A stretch of DNA of 63,661 bases, counting the filler, from Octopus bimaculoides (lineage: Eukaryota): assembly GCF_001194135.2 (NCBI RefSeq). It is 5 parts of 5 records of this genome, joined end to end, with 100 filler letters (N's around TTAATTAATTAA, not from the genome) between each part and the next. Parts side by side here need not be neighbours in the genome. Positions count along the whole stretch, not along the records: positions 18,128 to 28,875 come from NC_069008.1; positions 28,976 to 35,474 come from NC_068996.1; 3 more parts are not named here. One strand, given 5' to 3'. This document shows positions 21,955 through 34,270 of the stretch, one piece after another. Position 1 is the first letter of the stretch, and every line of letters begins with the position of its first letter. The position numbers and the translations under genes are program-made. Under the pieces are notes generated by a model that did not search any database, was not told the origin of the DNA, and saw nothing but the letters and a program-made list of their open reading frames with translations.

Positions 21955-23018
21955 AGTACGAGAAGGGCGCCAAGAGAGCTTACCGATGTGAATAAGCGCA
22001 ATCTTGTGGAGATTTGTCAATTCTAACTCGAACGCTACTGCGATGAAGCCAAAATTGTTTTGAGGGAGAGTAGACACGAATGATGAAATCGGGGCCCATA
22101 ACTTTGAGCCAGAATCCAAAAAGTAGGGTATGAAGTGGAAACGCCACGAATCGCCAACGGAAAAGAAATTCAAGATTCAACCTTCCGCAGAAAAATGTGA
22201 TACTAAGCGTTTTGGGGGGGATGAAAAAAGGTCTATATTGCAACATTGTCCTTTAAAAGGGGGTCTACTGTGAAAGGTTGGTTAACAAAGGGAAACCAGC
22301 AATTTGTACCAAACGCCGATGTCTATTGTTACATCAAATGTTATTATTGTAAGACAATGCACGCCCATATTCAGCCACCCACATCCTTGTTGAAACAACT
22401 GAAAATTGGATTTCGAGTTGTTGGAACATCCTCCATTTAATCCAGATCTCGCCTCTTCCGACTATCCTCTCTTTGGACCAATCAAATGTTCCTTACGACA
22501 GTAGTTCCCAAAGTGGGTGCTACTGCCGCACTGGGAGTGCTACATGATACAGAGGTGAGGCGTTGAAGAAAAGTGGGGCGATAACGGGGTGGCTAAAATG
22601 TGATTATGGATGTAAGAACAAAATAATGGGCTAATTAGGTTAAGTTTTATTTGTGAAATACCGTTGTTTTGAAGTTTGCTGTAGAAAGTGGTCTATGCTT
22701 GTGCTGGTGAGTAAGAGAGGCGCAAGGAACGTGGCCGAGGTCTCAAGGGGACGGCAGCCCCGAAAAGTTTGGGGAATTAGTGCTTTACGAGGTCGTCGGT
22801 TTGCTATGGACGAATAAACGCTGCAAGCGGTGCATAAATAACTGCATGACCAGCCGAAAACCTTCCTCTCCGATGGAATAAGAAAGCTTGTTGACTGCTA
22901 GAAGAAATGCATCGAAAAGCAAGGAGGAACCTATGAAAAAAATGAAATAATTCTTCAATCTCTGCTTTTGTTTTAATAAATCACACATACAAGTTTGCGT
23001 ACAATTTGAGACTTTGTA
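21955..23018 (+). mobile_element. Mariner element remnant interrupted by a hAT MITE
   Basis: DE..AHNFEPESKK*GMKWKRHESPTEKKFKIQPSAEK, FELLEHPPFNPDLASSDYPLFGPIK, then after the insert LRGRRFAMDE...DGIRKLVDC*KKCIEKQG. Confidence 0.88.
22499..22782. mobile_element. hAT-type MITE, 284 bp
   Basis: Termini CAGTAGTTCCCAAAGT and (minus) CACTAATTCCCCAAACT. 8-bp TSD ccttacga (22491-22498) / ctttacga (22783-22790). Removing it restores the mariner frame. Confidence 0.8.
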
Positions 23019-24503
23019 TGAAGCATATTTCCATGTGAAAATGTTTTCAAGATTATCTCCCTTTCATCATCAGGGCCAGTAGAGTTATCTCCTATGATTA
23101 TTGATGTAACCCAACGTAATAAAATTAACCAACAATTTCATTTTGTTGGAAATATAAGGGAATGTAATTCATTTTATTTTCTAGTAAATTTATACTTTCA
23201 TTGACAGACACAGTTTCCGCCTTATTTCCTTTAGCACCAGCGGTCTAATCTTGTTATGAATTATACGTTTTTTACCTCAAATATGCCTAACCATATATAT
23301 GTTCTAGATATATACAACCACACTGATTTATATCATTGGAATCACTAGTCATTTCCACGACAGAAAATTAATATTATATCCATTCTCTAAATAGGATTCA
23401 CCGGAGATACATATACTAAAAGGCACCTAAATGTTAATTATACATCTATTTATGGATTTTAAGAATTTATTTATATTTTCGGTACAGATTATATTTCAGA
23501 TTATATAAGCCGTAATCGTTTATTATATATTGTGAAATTTAATTTAATTTTAATTTTGAAAAATCAAATTAAATTGAATTTTTCCTTGTAAATTTGGATT
23601 TTTATCCCTAATATTATCATATATATATATNNNNNNNNNNNNNNNNNNNNNNNNNNNNNNNNNNNNNNNNNNNNNNNNNNNNNNNNNNNNNNNNNNNNNN
23701 NNNNNNNNNNNNNNNNNNNNNNNNNNNNNNNNNNNNNNNNNNNNNNNNNNNNNNNNNNNNNNNNNNNNNNNNNNNNNNNNNNNNNNNNNNNNNNNNNNNN
23801 NNNNNNNNNNNNNNNNNNNNNNNNNNNNNNNNNNNNNNNNNNNNNNNNNNNNNNNNNNNNNNNNNNNNNNNNNNNNNNNNNNNNNNNNNNNNNNNNNNNN
23901 NNNNNNNNNNNNNNNNNNNNNNNNNNNNNNNNNNNNNNNNNNNNNNNNNNNNNNNNNNNNNNNNNNNNNNNNNNNNNNNNNNNNNNNNNNNNNNNNNNNN
24001 NNNNNNNNNNNNNNNNNNNNNNNNNNNNNNNNNNNNNNNNNNNNNNNNNNNNNNNNNNNNNNNNNNNNNNNNNNNNNNNNNNNNNNNNNNNNNNNNNNNN
24101 NNNNNNNNNNNNNNNNNNNNNNNNNNNNNNNNNNNNNNNNNNNNNNNNNNNNNNNNNNNNNNNNNNNNNNNNNNNNNNNNNNNNNNNNNNNNNNNNNNNN
24201 NNNNNNNNNNNNNNNNNNNNNNNNNNNNNNNNNNNNNNNNNNNNNNNNNNNNNNNNNNNNNNNNNNNNNNNNNNNNNNNNNNNNNNNNNNNNNNNNNNNN
24301 NNNNNNNNNNNNNNNNNNNNNNNNNNNNNNNNNNNNNNNNNNNNNNNNNNNNNNNNNNNNNNNNNNNNNNNNNNNNNNNNNNNNNNNNNNNNNNNNNNNN
24401 NNNNNNNNNNNNNNNNNNNNNNNNNNNNNNNNNNNNNNNNNNNNNNNNNNNNNNNNNNNNNNNNNNNNNNNNNNNNNNNNNNNNNNNNNNNNNNNNNNNN
24501 NNN

Positions 24504-24539
<36 letters not shown>

Positions 24540-24609
24540 CCGATATTATCCGCACAGCTCGAAATAAGGTGGATAAAACCAAAATAAGCAACAGGATATC
24601 AAGTAGTAA

Positions 24610-24695
24610 TGCAGTACAACCGTTTCAAGCGGCTGCATTTAATTGAACAATGTATTCATTACATCAATATAAATGCAGTACTATCTTCAGCTGCA
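24610..24695 (-). ncRNA. Stand-alone type I hammerhead ribozyme-like motif
   Basis: TGCAG CTGAAGA [TAGTA CTGCATTTA...TAAATGCAG CCGCTT] GAAAC GGTT GTA CTGCA: perfect 5-bp stem I, intact core, long stem II with an imperfect base, 2-bp stem III, cleavage GUA. Confidence 0.55.
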
Positions 24696-25151
24696 CTAAT
24701 AAATAAATGGAATGTCAACAGGTAGGACGCATTAATACAATTTTTCTTAAATATTTTAACAGAGTAAGATGGAAGAAATTCTTTTAGACTCAAACATAAA
24801 GCTAATAGTACGTCTTTATCTAGTTAGGTTTGGGAACTGAAGGAAAGCGGGACCGGGTTTAACCTACAATGGGATATAATGCGGAGAGCGCAGCCTTATA
24901 TGGGTGTGAGCTGTACTCTATGTAAATTTATGAGATTTGTAAGTATAGGGACAAGAACAATCTGATTAATAATAGATTAGACCTAAGGGTACCATGCATA
25001 GAGTCACCCAAATATTTAAGTATTTTCAAAACTAACAATTACAGTTACCATACTTGAAATTTTGTTGATGGAAATTAATTTTGGGGTCGTATCCGTTGTA
25101 AACTTACCCTCCAGTAGTAAATATAAAAAATCATATTATGTTATATAATGA

Positions 25152-26220
25152 ACTAGCTGTTTTTCCCGATTTCACTCGGGCAGTGTGGTGGATTTGGTTA
25201 AAAGCTATTTCCTATGTATATTTTGAATAATAAAAAGAACTAAAAATAAAGAACACAAAAATTCCAAAAACAAAAAAAAAGTAAGAACAACCCCAAAACA
25301 ATACGATGCTAAGGATTTTGCGGGTCTATATTGTAAAACTAACTTCACGTGTGTACCCATAGCCCCATGTAGTCACGGAACCTTATTTGTGGTATAACCT
25401 CGCCTTAAAAGAAAAATATATGGTAGTGCGGTTGTTGTATTGGCCACACAAGAATGTTAATCGAAACTGTTCAAGATCAATCATAGGCTGGACGTTCATN
25501 NNNNNNNNNNNNNNNNNNNNNNNNNNNNNNNNNNNNNNNNNNNNNNNNNNNNNNNNNNNNNNNNNNNNNNNNNNNNNNNNNNNNNNNNNNNNNNNNNNNN
25601 NNNNNNNNNNNNNNNNNNNNNNNNNNNNNNNNNNNNNNNNNNNNNNNNNNNNNNNNNNNNNNNNNNNNNNNNNNNNNNNNNNNNNNNNNNNNNNNNNNNN
25701 NNNNNNNNNNNNNNNNNNNNNNNNNCGTTCATGTACACTGATTAGAATTGTGAATTTCAATTATTGAAAACGCGTTCCCGGATGGATACAATTGTGCAGA
25801 GTCCGTTTCTCTCAATACGGAAAAGCTTTTTTTTTTAATGCACAAAAAATTGAAATTATTTTTTTTTCTGTGCCCCTGATTAAAATTTTCGAAAAACAAA
25901 CTCAGCCACATTACCTGGAAAAAAATAATCTTTATTGTGCTGGTTTTTCGTAAAATTTCGCGCATGGGAAAGGCAACAAAATCGCCCTCCCCACTTTGAA
26001 TAGGATATTCCTATCTTAAAAAGTAATAATCGATTATCTCGGTAACCATGGGAGTTGGAGGGCAATAAAAATCTCCTGAACATGAGCGGACCATGCTGCC
26101 GCTCTGTGCTGAATTTCACGCGATTCCACTGCACCGTTCTCGAGTGAATCTGCCGACACTCAATCAATCAATCAAGCAGCAAGCAAGCAATCAAGAACAC
26201 TGCAATTTATAGTATAGATT
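25152..26220 (+). mobile_element. Helentron/HINE-like non-autonomous element
   Basis: Begins ACTAGCTG followed by the hairpin CCCGA-tttcac-TCGGG. Ends with (CAAT)n/(GCAA)n and TTTATAGTATAGATT, the layout of DINE-1/Lep1-type elements. Has an internal gap. Confidence 0.5.
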
Positions 26221-28557
26221 ATATTGCACTACATATGTTATATGCTCTGTGTTGGGATATGCGGTGAGCTATATGTAATATTATCCCATGATAACCCTGC
26301 CTAGTTTGTCTGACTTCATCACATTTTGGTGATTACACTGTTTTCCTTTCTATGATGTTCTACCCCACTGATCATATTATATATACTTGTGGTGACTTTA
26401 TGTAAGTTTCCTTTTGACTAAATCATATACCCCCTAGAAACTAGAAACATGTAATATAAAGCCACTTCAGTCTGAATACCTTTAACTGCCCTCACTACTT
26501 CCATACATATTACCCACTCTTTTCGGGTTACCTTTATCTTTTCCCTGCCTCTGACTTTAATCCCCTCTCTCTTTATATGCAGAATTATATATATTTCTTA
26601 TCATTTTCTATAAATTCTTATTATTTTGTTTTCTTATTTTGATATCCTTACTTATCCCTTATAAATTGTTATTTTTCTTGTTCTTAAATTGATATTTTTC
26701 AGTTACTTAAGTCTACACGAGATTTTTGTACTATATCCATATAAGCATATAAATATTTGTATNNNNNNNNNNNNNNNNNNNNNNNNNNNNNNNNNNNNNN
26801 NNNNNNNNNNNNNNNNNNNNNNNNNNNNNNNNNNNNNNNNNNNNNNNNNNNNNNNNNNNNNNNNNNNNNNNNNNNNNNNNNNNNNNNNNNNNNNNNNNNN
26901 NNNNNNNNNNNNNNNNNNNNNNNNNNNNNNNNNNNNNNNNNNNNNNNNNNNNNNNNNNNNNNNNNNNNNNNNNNNNNNNNNNNNNNNNNNNNNNNNNNNN
27001 NNNNNNNNNNNNNNNNNNNNNNNNNNNNNNNNNNNNNNNNNNNNNNNNNNNNNNNNNNNNNNNNNNNNNNNNNNNNNNNNNNNNNNNNNNNNNNNNNNNN
27101 NNNNNNNNNNNNNNNNNNNNNNNNNNNNNNNNNNNNNNNNNNNNNNNNNNNNNNNNNNNNNNNNNNNNNNNNNNNNNNNNNNNNNNNNNNNNNNNNNNNN
27201 NNNNNNNNNNNNNNNNNNNNNNNNNNNNNNNNNNNNNNNNNNNNNNNNNNNNNNNNNNNNNNNNNNNNNNNNNNNNNNNNNNNNNNNNNNNNNNNNNNNN
27301 NNNNNNNNNNNNNNNNNNNNNNNNNNNNNNNNNNNNNNNNNNNNNNNNNNNNNNNNNNNNNNNNNNNNNNNNNNNNNNNNNNNNNNNNNNNNNNNNNNNN
27401 NNNNNNNNNNNNNNNNNNNNNNNNNNNNNNNNNNNNNNNNNNNNNNNNNNNNNNNNNNNNNNNNNNNNNNNNNNNNNNNNNNNNNNNNNNNNNNNNNNNN
27501 NNNNNNNNNNNNNNNNNNNNNNNNNNNNNNNNNNNNNNNNNNNNNNNNNNNNNNNNNNNNNNNNNNNNNNNNNNNNNNNNNNNNNNNNNNNNNNNNNNNN
27601 NNNNNNNNNNNNNNNNNNNNNNNNNNNNNNNNNNNNNNNNNNNNNNNNNNNNNNNNNNNNNNNNNNNNNNNNNNNNNNNNNNNNNNNNNNNNNNNNTATA
27701 TATATATATATATATATATATGCACATATATATGTGTGTGTGTGTGCGTGCGTGTGCATGTGTGTATCTGTATGCATTTTTACACTTTTCTGATTCATGG
27801 CTTAAAATTAATAGATAGCATGTATATGTTTCCAGTTATTCCATAAGTAAAAGCCGGAAGCAGTCTTTAAGAAACCGCCTAATAATTAATTAAGTACATG
27901 ATAATAAACTGATTCTATGTATTCTTCCTTTTTAATGTTTATAATTGATATATACACACCTTTTGCCTATTTTGGTTGTGATATATCATTTTCGGAATTC
28001 TTAAATTTTATTTTTATACAGCATAACAATATTGTTTATAAACATTACCCCATAGTGCCCCTAAATAAAATTTCCTCTGTATTAACATCTTAGGTTATTG
28101 GTGTCAGCCTCTTTAACTGGTAATTGAGATCATGATTTAAAGTTTACCCCTACCCTGCATCTTTTTACAGACAGTTACTTATATCCAACTGACGACTTCT
28201 AATGTCTTATTTCCTCCCTGGGGAAAAGGGATACATATGATAACATTTATAACCATACCTAGCCATGAACTGTCAACTCACTCTTGTCCTTTAGTCAAAA
28301 TGGACATAGTCTTCTATTCTTAGATTTAGTAGTTGATAAAGAAATAAATGAATTAGAAATGAATTACAACCCTTACAAAACTATGACCCCACTATGCTCC
28401 ATGCGATTCTTAGAGGTTGTAGTCTATTCTTAGCTACAATAGCGACAACATGAATTTCTTCCATCTTCTTACTCAGTTAAAATATTTAAGAAAAATTATA
28501 TTAATGTATCCTACTTATTAAAATTTCATCTATTTATTTGTGCAACTGCATACTTTT

Positions 28558-28644
28558 ATTTCCAACATATGTTTCGAAGATTACAAATTTTACCTTCCAT
28601 AGGAACCGGCGATGTTAAAAATGTAATCTTCTCTTCAGGGAAAT
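28558..28644 (-). ncRNA. Type I minimal hammerhead ribozyme, intact
   Basis: ATTTCC CTGAAGA GAAGATTACA..TGTAATCTTC GAAACATATGTT GGAAAT: 6-bp stem I, 10-bp stem II with G10.1-C11.1, palindromic stem III ACATATGT, cleavage GUU. Confidence 0.8.
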
Positions 28645-28731
28645 GCATGGGAACCAGCTTAAACGTAAGACATTTTAACCGAATATAACTTATTCGGTTA
28701 AAATGTCTTACGTTTAAGCTGGTTCTCATGC

Positions 28732-28821
28732 ATTTCCCTGAAGAGAAGATTACATTCTTATCAACATCACCGATTCCTATGGAAGGTATAATTTGTAATC
28801 TTCGAAACATATGTTGGAAAT
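28732..28821 (+). ncRNA. Type I minimal hammerhead ribozyme, intact
   Basis: Stem I ATTTCC 28732-37 / GGAAAT 28816-21; CTGAAGA 28738-44; stem II 28745-54 / 28794-803; GAAA 28804-07; predicted cleavage after T28815. Confidence 0.8.
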
Positions 28822-29399
28822 AAAAGTACGCAGTTAACATATGCGTTTTACTCCATTCATTAAATTTATATATATNNNNNNNNNNNNNNNNNNNNNNNNN
28901 NNNNNNNNNNNNNNNNNNNTTAATTAATTAANNNNNNNNNNNNNNNNNNNNNNNNNNNNNNNNNNNNNNNNNNNNCACCACCACCAGTACCACCACCACC
29001 ACCAGTACCACCACCACCACCAGCACTACCACCAGCATCACCACCAGGACCAGCAGCAGCAGCAGCACTACCACTATCACCGCCACCGCCGCTGCCGCTC
29101 CCACCACCACAGAAACCACTAACCATCACACACTAACACTCTACACCAACGTAATTACAAACATCTGCACTATAAACATCAACATTACAAACACCTCAAC
29201 AAACGAAAATACATAGCAATCCTAACCAACAAAATGAACAGCACTCCCAAGGTATCACTAATTACACGGCCATAGACACAAACAAGGACTTAATAAGACA
29301 TTAAATAATACATAAATATTACTCTAAACGAATACCGTGCATCTCCCGCATAACACCTCTATTCAAATGAAAATTATGAAAACAACGCAACAAACTTAC

Positions 29400-30215
29400 A
29401 AGAAACTGAAAGTAAAATATCCCAAAGGAATGGAAGATTTCCATGAACTAAAGGCTCTAGAAAGAAATGCTTCTGGAGACACTGACAAATAGCTAGAAGC
29501 ACAGAATCTCTGTCTCTCCACAAAATAGGGTAAGGGATTCTCTTCACTCTCTGCTCTTACAAACATGGCCTTGCTCAGAATAGGTAGTGTAAATGCAAAT
29601 GGCTTGGGGTCGCCTTGAAAACAAGGCCACCTACCCAGTAACCTCAGGTCACTAAGTTTAGATGTAGTGGCTATCAGTGAAAACAGACTCTTCGACCGAC
29701 GAGCTTTCGTGCCCATTTTCGGTGGTTACGAGACTTATTTATTTCCATGTCAACCGGGAATAGGTGGTAGTGGTGGAACTGCGGTATTATTCCGGAGAGG
29801 TCTAGATCTCAATATAAGGACTATCATCTTGGACCCAGAAGATAAGTTGGTGCTCCTGGATGTGAAAGTGGTTGTGTGGTGGACTAGATTGAAAGGGCTG
29901 AAGACAGATATTTTCCACTTTGGCCAACCTTTCATCCACTTTTTCAAGTTTCACTTGGAAAAGAAAGTGAAAGTGAAGAGGGAAGTGCTGCCACCTAGCG
30001 ATTTTGTTAAAAGGTGATTGAGTGCTGAAAGAATGGTTTGAATGAACGAGCCTACTGTAAGCATGCACCTGTAGGTTGAAGGAGGGCTATGTGGAGAAAG
30101 CACTTGTCCCAGTGGTCAGGATAACCGTGGTTTTTGTGGGGGTCTCACATTGTATTGTAACCTCACATTGTATTGTCTTGTATCGTCCCCAATGGTTTTG
30201 TGAACTACTAAAGAA
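29400..30215 (+). mobile_element. Tx1/L1-like LINE remnant with the APE N-terminus joined directly to the ORF2 C-terminus
   Basis: ATG 29565 gives MALLRIGSVNANGL...LDVVAISE...GGTAVLF...KLVLLDVK (endonuclease start). It runs straight into VVWWTRLKGLKT..FFKFHL..KVK.REVL...FVKR, ending at TAG 30074. Confidence 0.7.
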
Positions 30216-30219
30216 AACG

Positions 30220-30295
<76 letters not shown>

Positions 30296-30510
30296 AGGCG
30301 GCGAGCTGGCAGAATCATTAACTCACTGGGTAAAATGCTTCATGACATTTCGCTTGTCTTTACGTTCTGAGTTTAAAATTCTGCCGAGGCCGATTTTGCC
30401 TTTTATTCTTTTGGGGTCAATAAAATAAGTACCAGTCAATCACTGGGGTCAATGTAATCGACTTCGCCTCCCCTCAAAAACTGCTGGTGCTGTGCCAAAA
30501 ATTGAAGCCA
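30296..30510 (+). mobile_element. SINE family B
   Basis: ggcggcgagctggcagaatc...tacgttctgagtttaaaattctgccgagg...aataagtaccag. Confidence 0.8.
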
Positions 30511-31071
30511 TTATTATTATTATCATTTTTGCTTTTGCTGCTGCTTTTATTATTTTAGTTGCTGTTGTTTGGTGTTACTAAATTTACTATTGCATCTGTT
30601 GTTGCTAATGCTGCTGATGTTACTACTGTTGTTGCTGCAGCTGTCTCTAGCTTTGCTATTTTAAACAGATATATTTGGAAAAAAATTATGTCTCATTCAT
30701 TTTAGTAGTCATTTGTTATTTCATTCTTTCATTTCTTTTTTCATTGTTACCCTTATTTCTGTGATCCTTTCCCCTTATCTTACGCACCCATTGACTAGTT
30801 CCTTCATTTAGAAATTCAGTCGATCACTCTTCCTCTTTCTTCCCTTTTGCTTCATTCTCTTATTCATTCAGTCAGGAATTGATTTTTTCGCTCACTGTTG
30901 TTTACAAATTCATATATTCTTTCTTGCCTTGAGCCTCACTTCTTTGTTCAATGATTAACTCATTCATTTGTTTAATCCCTTATTCATTCCTTTCTCTCAC
31001 AAACTAATTCTTGTCCTTTTGGCACATTCAGTCCTTCAATACGTCACTACTTCACTTACTAATTCATTCTG

Positions 31072-31218
31072 CACTCACTCACTCACTCACTCACTCACTC
31101 ACTCACTCACTCACTCACTCACTCACTCACTCACTCACTCACTCCTTTACACACTCGCTTACACACTCACTCACTCACTCGCTTACACACTCACTCACTC
31201 ACTCACTCACTCACTCAC
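31072..31218. repeat. (CTCA)n tetranucleotide microsatellite running into a gap
   Basis: Direct reading. Confidence 0.95.
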
Positions 31219-32899
31219 NNNNNNNNNNNNNNNNNNNNNNNNNNNNNNNNNNNNNNNNNNNNNNNNNNNNNNNNNNNNNNNNNNNNNNNNNNNNNNNNNN
31301 NNNNNNNNNNNNNNNNNNNNNNNNNNNNNNNNNNNNNNNNNNNNNNNNNNNNNNNNNNNNNNNNNNNNNNNNNNNNNNNNNNNNNNNNNNNNNNNNNNNN
31401 NNNNNNNNNNNNNNNNNNNNNNNNNNNNNNNNNNNNNNNNNNNNNNNNNNNNNNNNNNNNNNNNNNNNNNNNNNNNNNNNNNNNNNNNNNNNNNNNNNNN
31501 NNNNNNNNNNNNNNNNNNNNNNNNNNNNNNNNNNNNNNNNNNNNNNNNNNNNNNNNNNNNNNNNNNNNNNNNNNNNNNNNNNNNNNNNNNNNNNNNNNNN
31601 NNNNNNNNNNNNNNNNNNNNNNNNNNNNNNNNNNNNNNNNNNNNNNNNNNNNNNNNNNNNNNNNNNNNNNNNNNNNNNNNNNNNNNNNNNNNNNNNNNNN
31701 NNNNNNNNNNNNNNNNNNNNNNNNNNNNNNNNNNNNNNNNNNNNNNNNNNNNNNNNNNNNNNNNNNNNNNNNNNNNNNNNNNNNNNNNNNNNNNNNNNNN
31801 NNNNNNNNNNNNNNNNNNNNNNNNNNNNNNNNNNNNNNNNNNNNNNNNNNNNNNNNNNNNNNNNNNNNNNNNNNNNNNNNNNNNNNNNNNNNNNNNNNNN
31901 NNNNNNNNNNNNNNNNNNNNNNNNNNNNNNNNNNNNNNNNNNNNNNNNNNNNNNNNNNNNNNNNNNNNNNNNNNNNNNNNNNNNNNNNNNNNNNNNNNNN
32001 NNNNNNNNNNNNNNNNNNNNNNNNNNNNNNNNNNNNNNNNNNNNNNNNNNNNNNNNNNNNNNNNNNNNNNNNNNNNNNNNNNNNNNNNNNNNNNNNNNNN
32101 NNNNNNNNTTTAAACATGTATCTTCTTAAAGGTCATCTCACCTGGAAAGAACTTGTAGGTGACTCTGAGTTAATACGTGACATTACATAAACTATTATAA
32201 CTTAACTTGTTTATTTCAAAAAGTATGATTAGAGTGAATTCGAGAATTGAGAAAACTTACTCTGGACTGAAAAGATATAAAAAAAGGAAAAACTCTTGAA
32301 AAGCTGAAAAAAAAAAAAAAAAGAAAAAGAAAAATTGAAAACGCTCTCGAAATAGTGTCTAAAACAGGAAGTAAAGCAAACTGAAGTTTTAAGTGACATA
32401 ATTTCTTTATTATCATCGTCAAGAGTTTATTTATTTCAGCTACAACAAAATTGCTTTTGAAAGAAATGTTCAATCAAAACTAATACAAAGGTCTCCGTGT
32501 TTCTTGGGCAGAACACTTTATTCCGTAGACATGATCCATGTCCATTTTCATGGGCAAGGGTCACGTCTACAGTGATCTTTATATTTAAACCGCTTTCATC
32601 GTGGAACCGGTGTTTGTCAGCACTTCTGAAAATCTAATCCTTGAAAACAATCTGAGGTGGAAAAAATAGCAAATAAACACATATTTCAATCCCCAGTAAA
32701 AGATTGATAGCGAAAAAAAAATGCACAAAACAAGTCACAAATGCCAAAGAGATATGATATAACGAAAAAGGAAGTACTCTGTATCAAATAACGCTTGAAA
32801 CAATAATATCTTCACTAAATCTCAGATAATCCATCGGTATGAAAAGTTACGACGATTTTTTGAGCAAAACAAATATTTCGACTTCAACCTAAAATGATT

Positions 32900-34270
32900 T
32901 TACCAAGAATTATGTAAAAATAAACCGAAATCTATGCAGTATCAATAGCAAGGGCAATAAAAGAATTTTGGGAAGGAATTTGGATAGAGATGATATCGCT
33001 AAAGCGAGATTATTCCAATCAACAAACTCAGCACCTGAAGAATCGCGGGAGTACATTTCAACTCAGGAAATAGCTAAGATGATAAAAAAAGAAGAAAAAC
33101 TGGGAGGTGTCAGAGTGTGATAAAGTTCTAAACATTTAATTGAATATTTAACTGTCATAATAAAATTCTGGTAACAAAATTTTACGACTTATTGAAAAGT
33201 CAGAAAACATGTAAATAACTCACCAAAGGAAAAACCCATTTCCAATCTCGAGATTTTCAGGCCCATATCGTCTATAGCTTACAAAGCATTGACTATAACA
33301 ATATCACAATGAATAAATGACTACTTATAAAAACAACTCACTGCCTGAAGAAGAGATACAGCAAAAGCTCACCTGGCTGTAAAGATCGATTATTTAACAA
33401 AATGCAAAAAAAAAAAAAAAGAAAGAAAAAGAATATGACAAAATTTGACTAAACAGAAAGCTTTTAACAGTGTTTCACGAGTAAGACTATAATAAACAGG
33501 CACGCTAAAAACGTCATGTGTAAACTAGCAGCTAATTCTCACAAAAAACCCAAACCAAACCAAACAAAACAATATAAAATAAAACAAAATATAATAAAAC
33601 AAATCTTATATCTATTAAAAGAAAAGAAAGTCTCTAAAGACTCTCTTTTTGCACTCCTTTCTTGCCTGGTGTTTATAACTTTAAACAGCATGTTAAAGTA
33701 AACTGAACTCGAATACAACCACTAAGGAATAGAAATCTACTATTTTCCCTATGAATGACCTCAAATTGTACGCATCAGTGATAAACAAGAAACATTTCAA
33801 CAGACAATATACTAAGTGAGTTGGTATAAAATGTTCGTTAGATCACTGCGCCATAGCAACTTTGGAGAGAGAGAAATTAACTAAAACACTAATGCTACGT
33901 TAGATAAAGAAATAGTTAACAAAATTAAAGCAAAACAAACTTAGAAATTAATGAAGTTGATTAAGCACAATTCGCATAAATGAAAAGGAAGTTTAGGAAG
34001 GACGCATTAGACTAATAAATGCATTAGATGCATTAGACAAATAATAGGTGCGTTAGATTAATACGTATAACAGAACTATATATATAAAAATAAAGGAATC
34101 AGCTTTAACACACTAGCAAATAGGTTATAGTTATAATACTCCTAACTGGACACAAAGATGATTATTAAGACTAGCCAGTAAAGTAAGAATAATTCAGACT
34201 GCATTTAGAATACACCGTCCCTAATTTGATACAGAAAGACTATATTTGCTCTGAATTGAGGGCTGAAATT
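32900..34270 (+). mobile_element. Heavily decayed R4/Dong-like LINE RT region
   Basis: Ordered remnants: EFWEGIW, FRPI (about 33256), PEE, MNDLKLYA (33751, YMDD site), NWTQ...HRP.FDTERLYL..IEG. Confidence 0.6.

Larger units (their letters stand above)
28544..28835. repeat. Long inverted repeat, about 143-bp arms, 5-nt loop (28686-28690)
   Basis: aactgcatac...ttaaccgaata / tattcggttaa...gtacgcagtt; few differences, most of them in hammerhead loop II. Confidence 0.95.

Noticed and set aside
23040-23075. Minus-strand CTGATGA...GAAA near a PLE-like AT-rich block
   Set aside because: Stem II is poor and there is no stem I or III; at most a very decayed remnant.
28190-28250. CTGACGA...GATACATATGATA degenerate hammerhead near the palindrome
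   Set aside because: GAAA, the cleavage triplet and stem I are all broken; not supportable.
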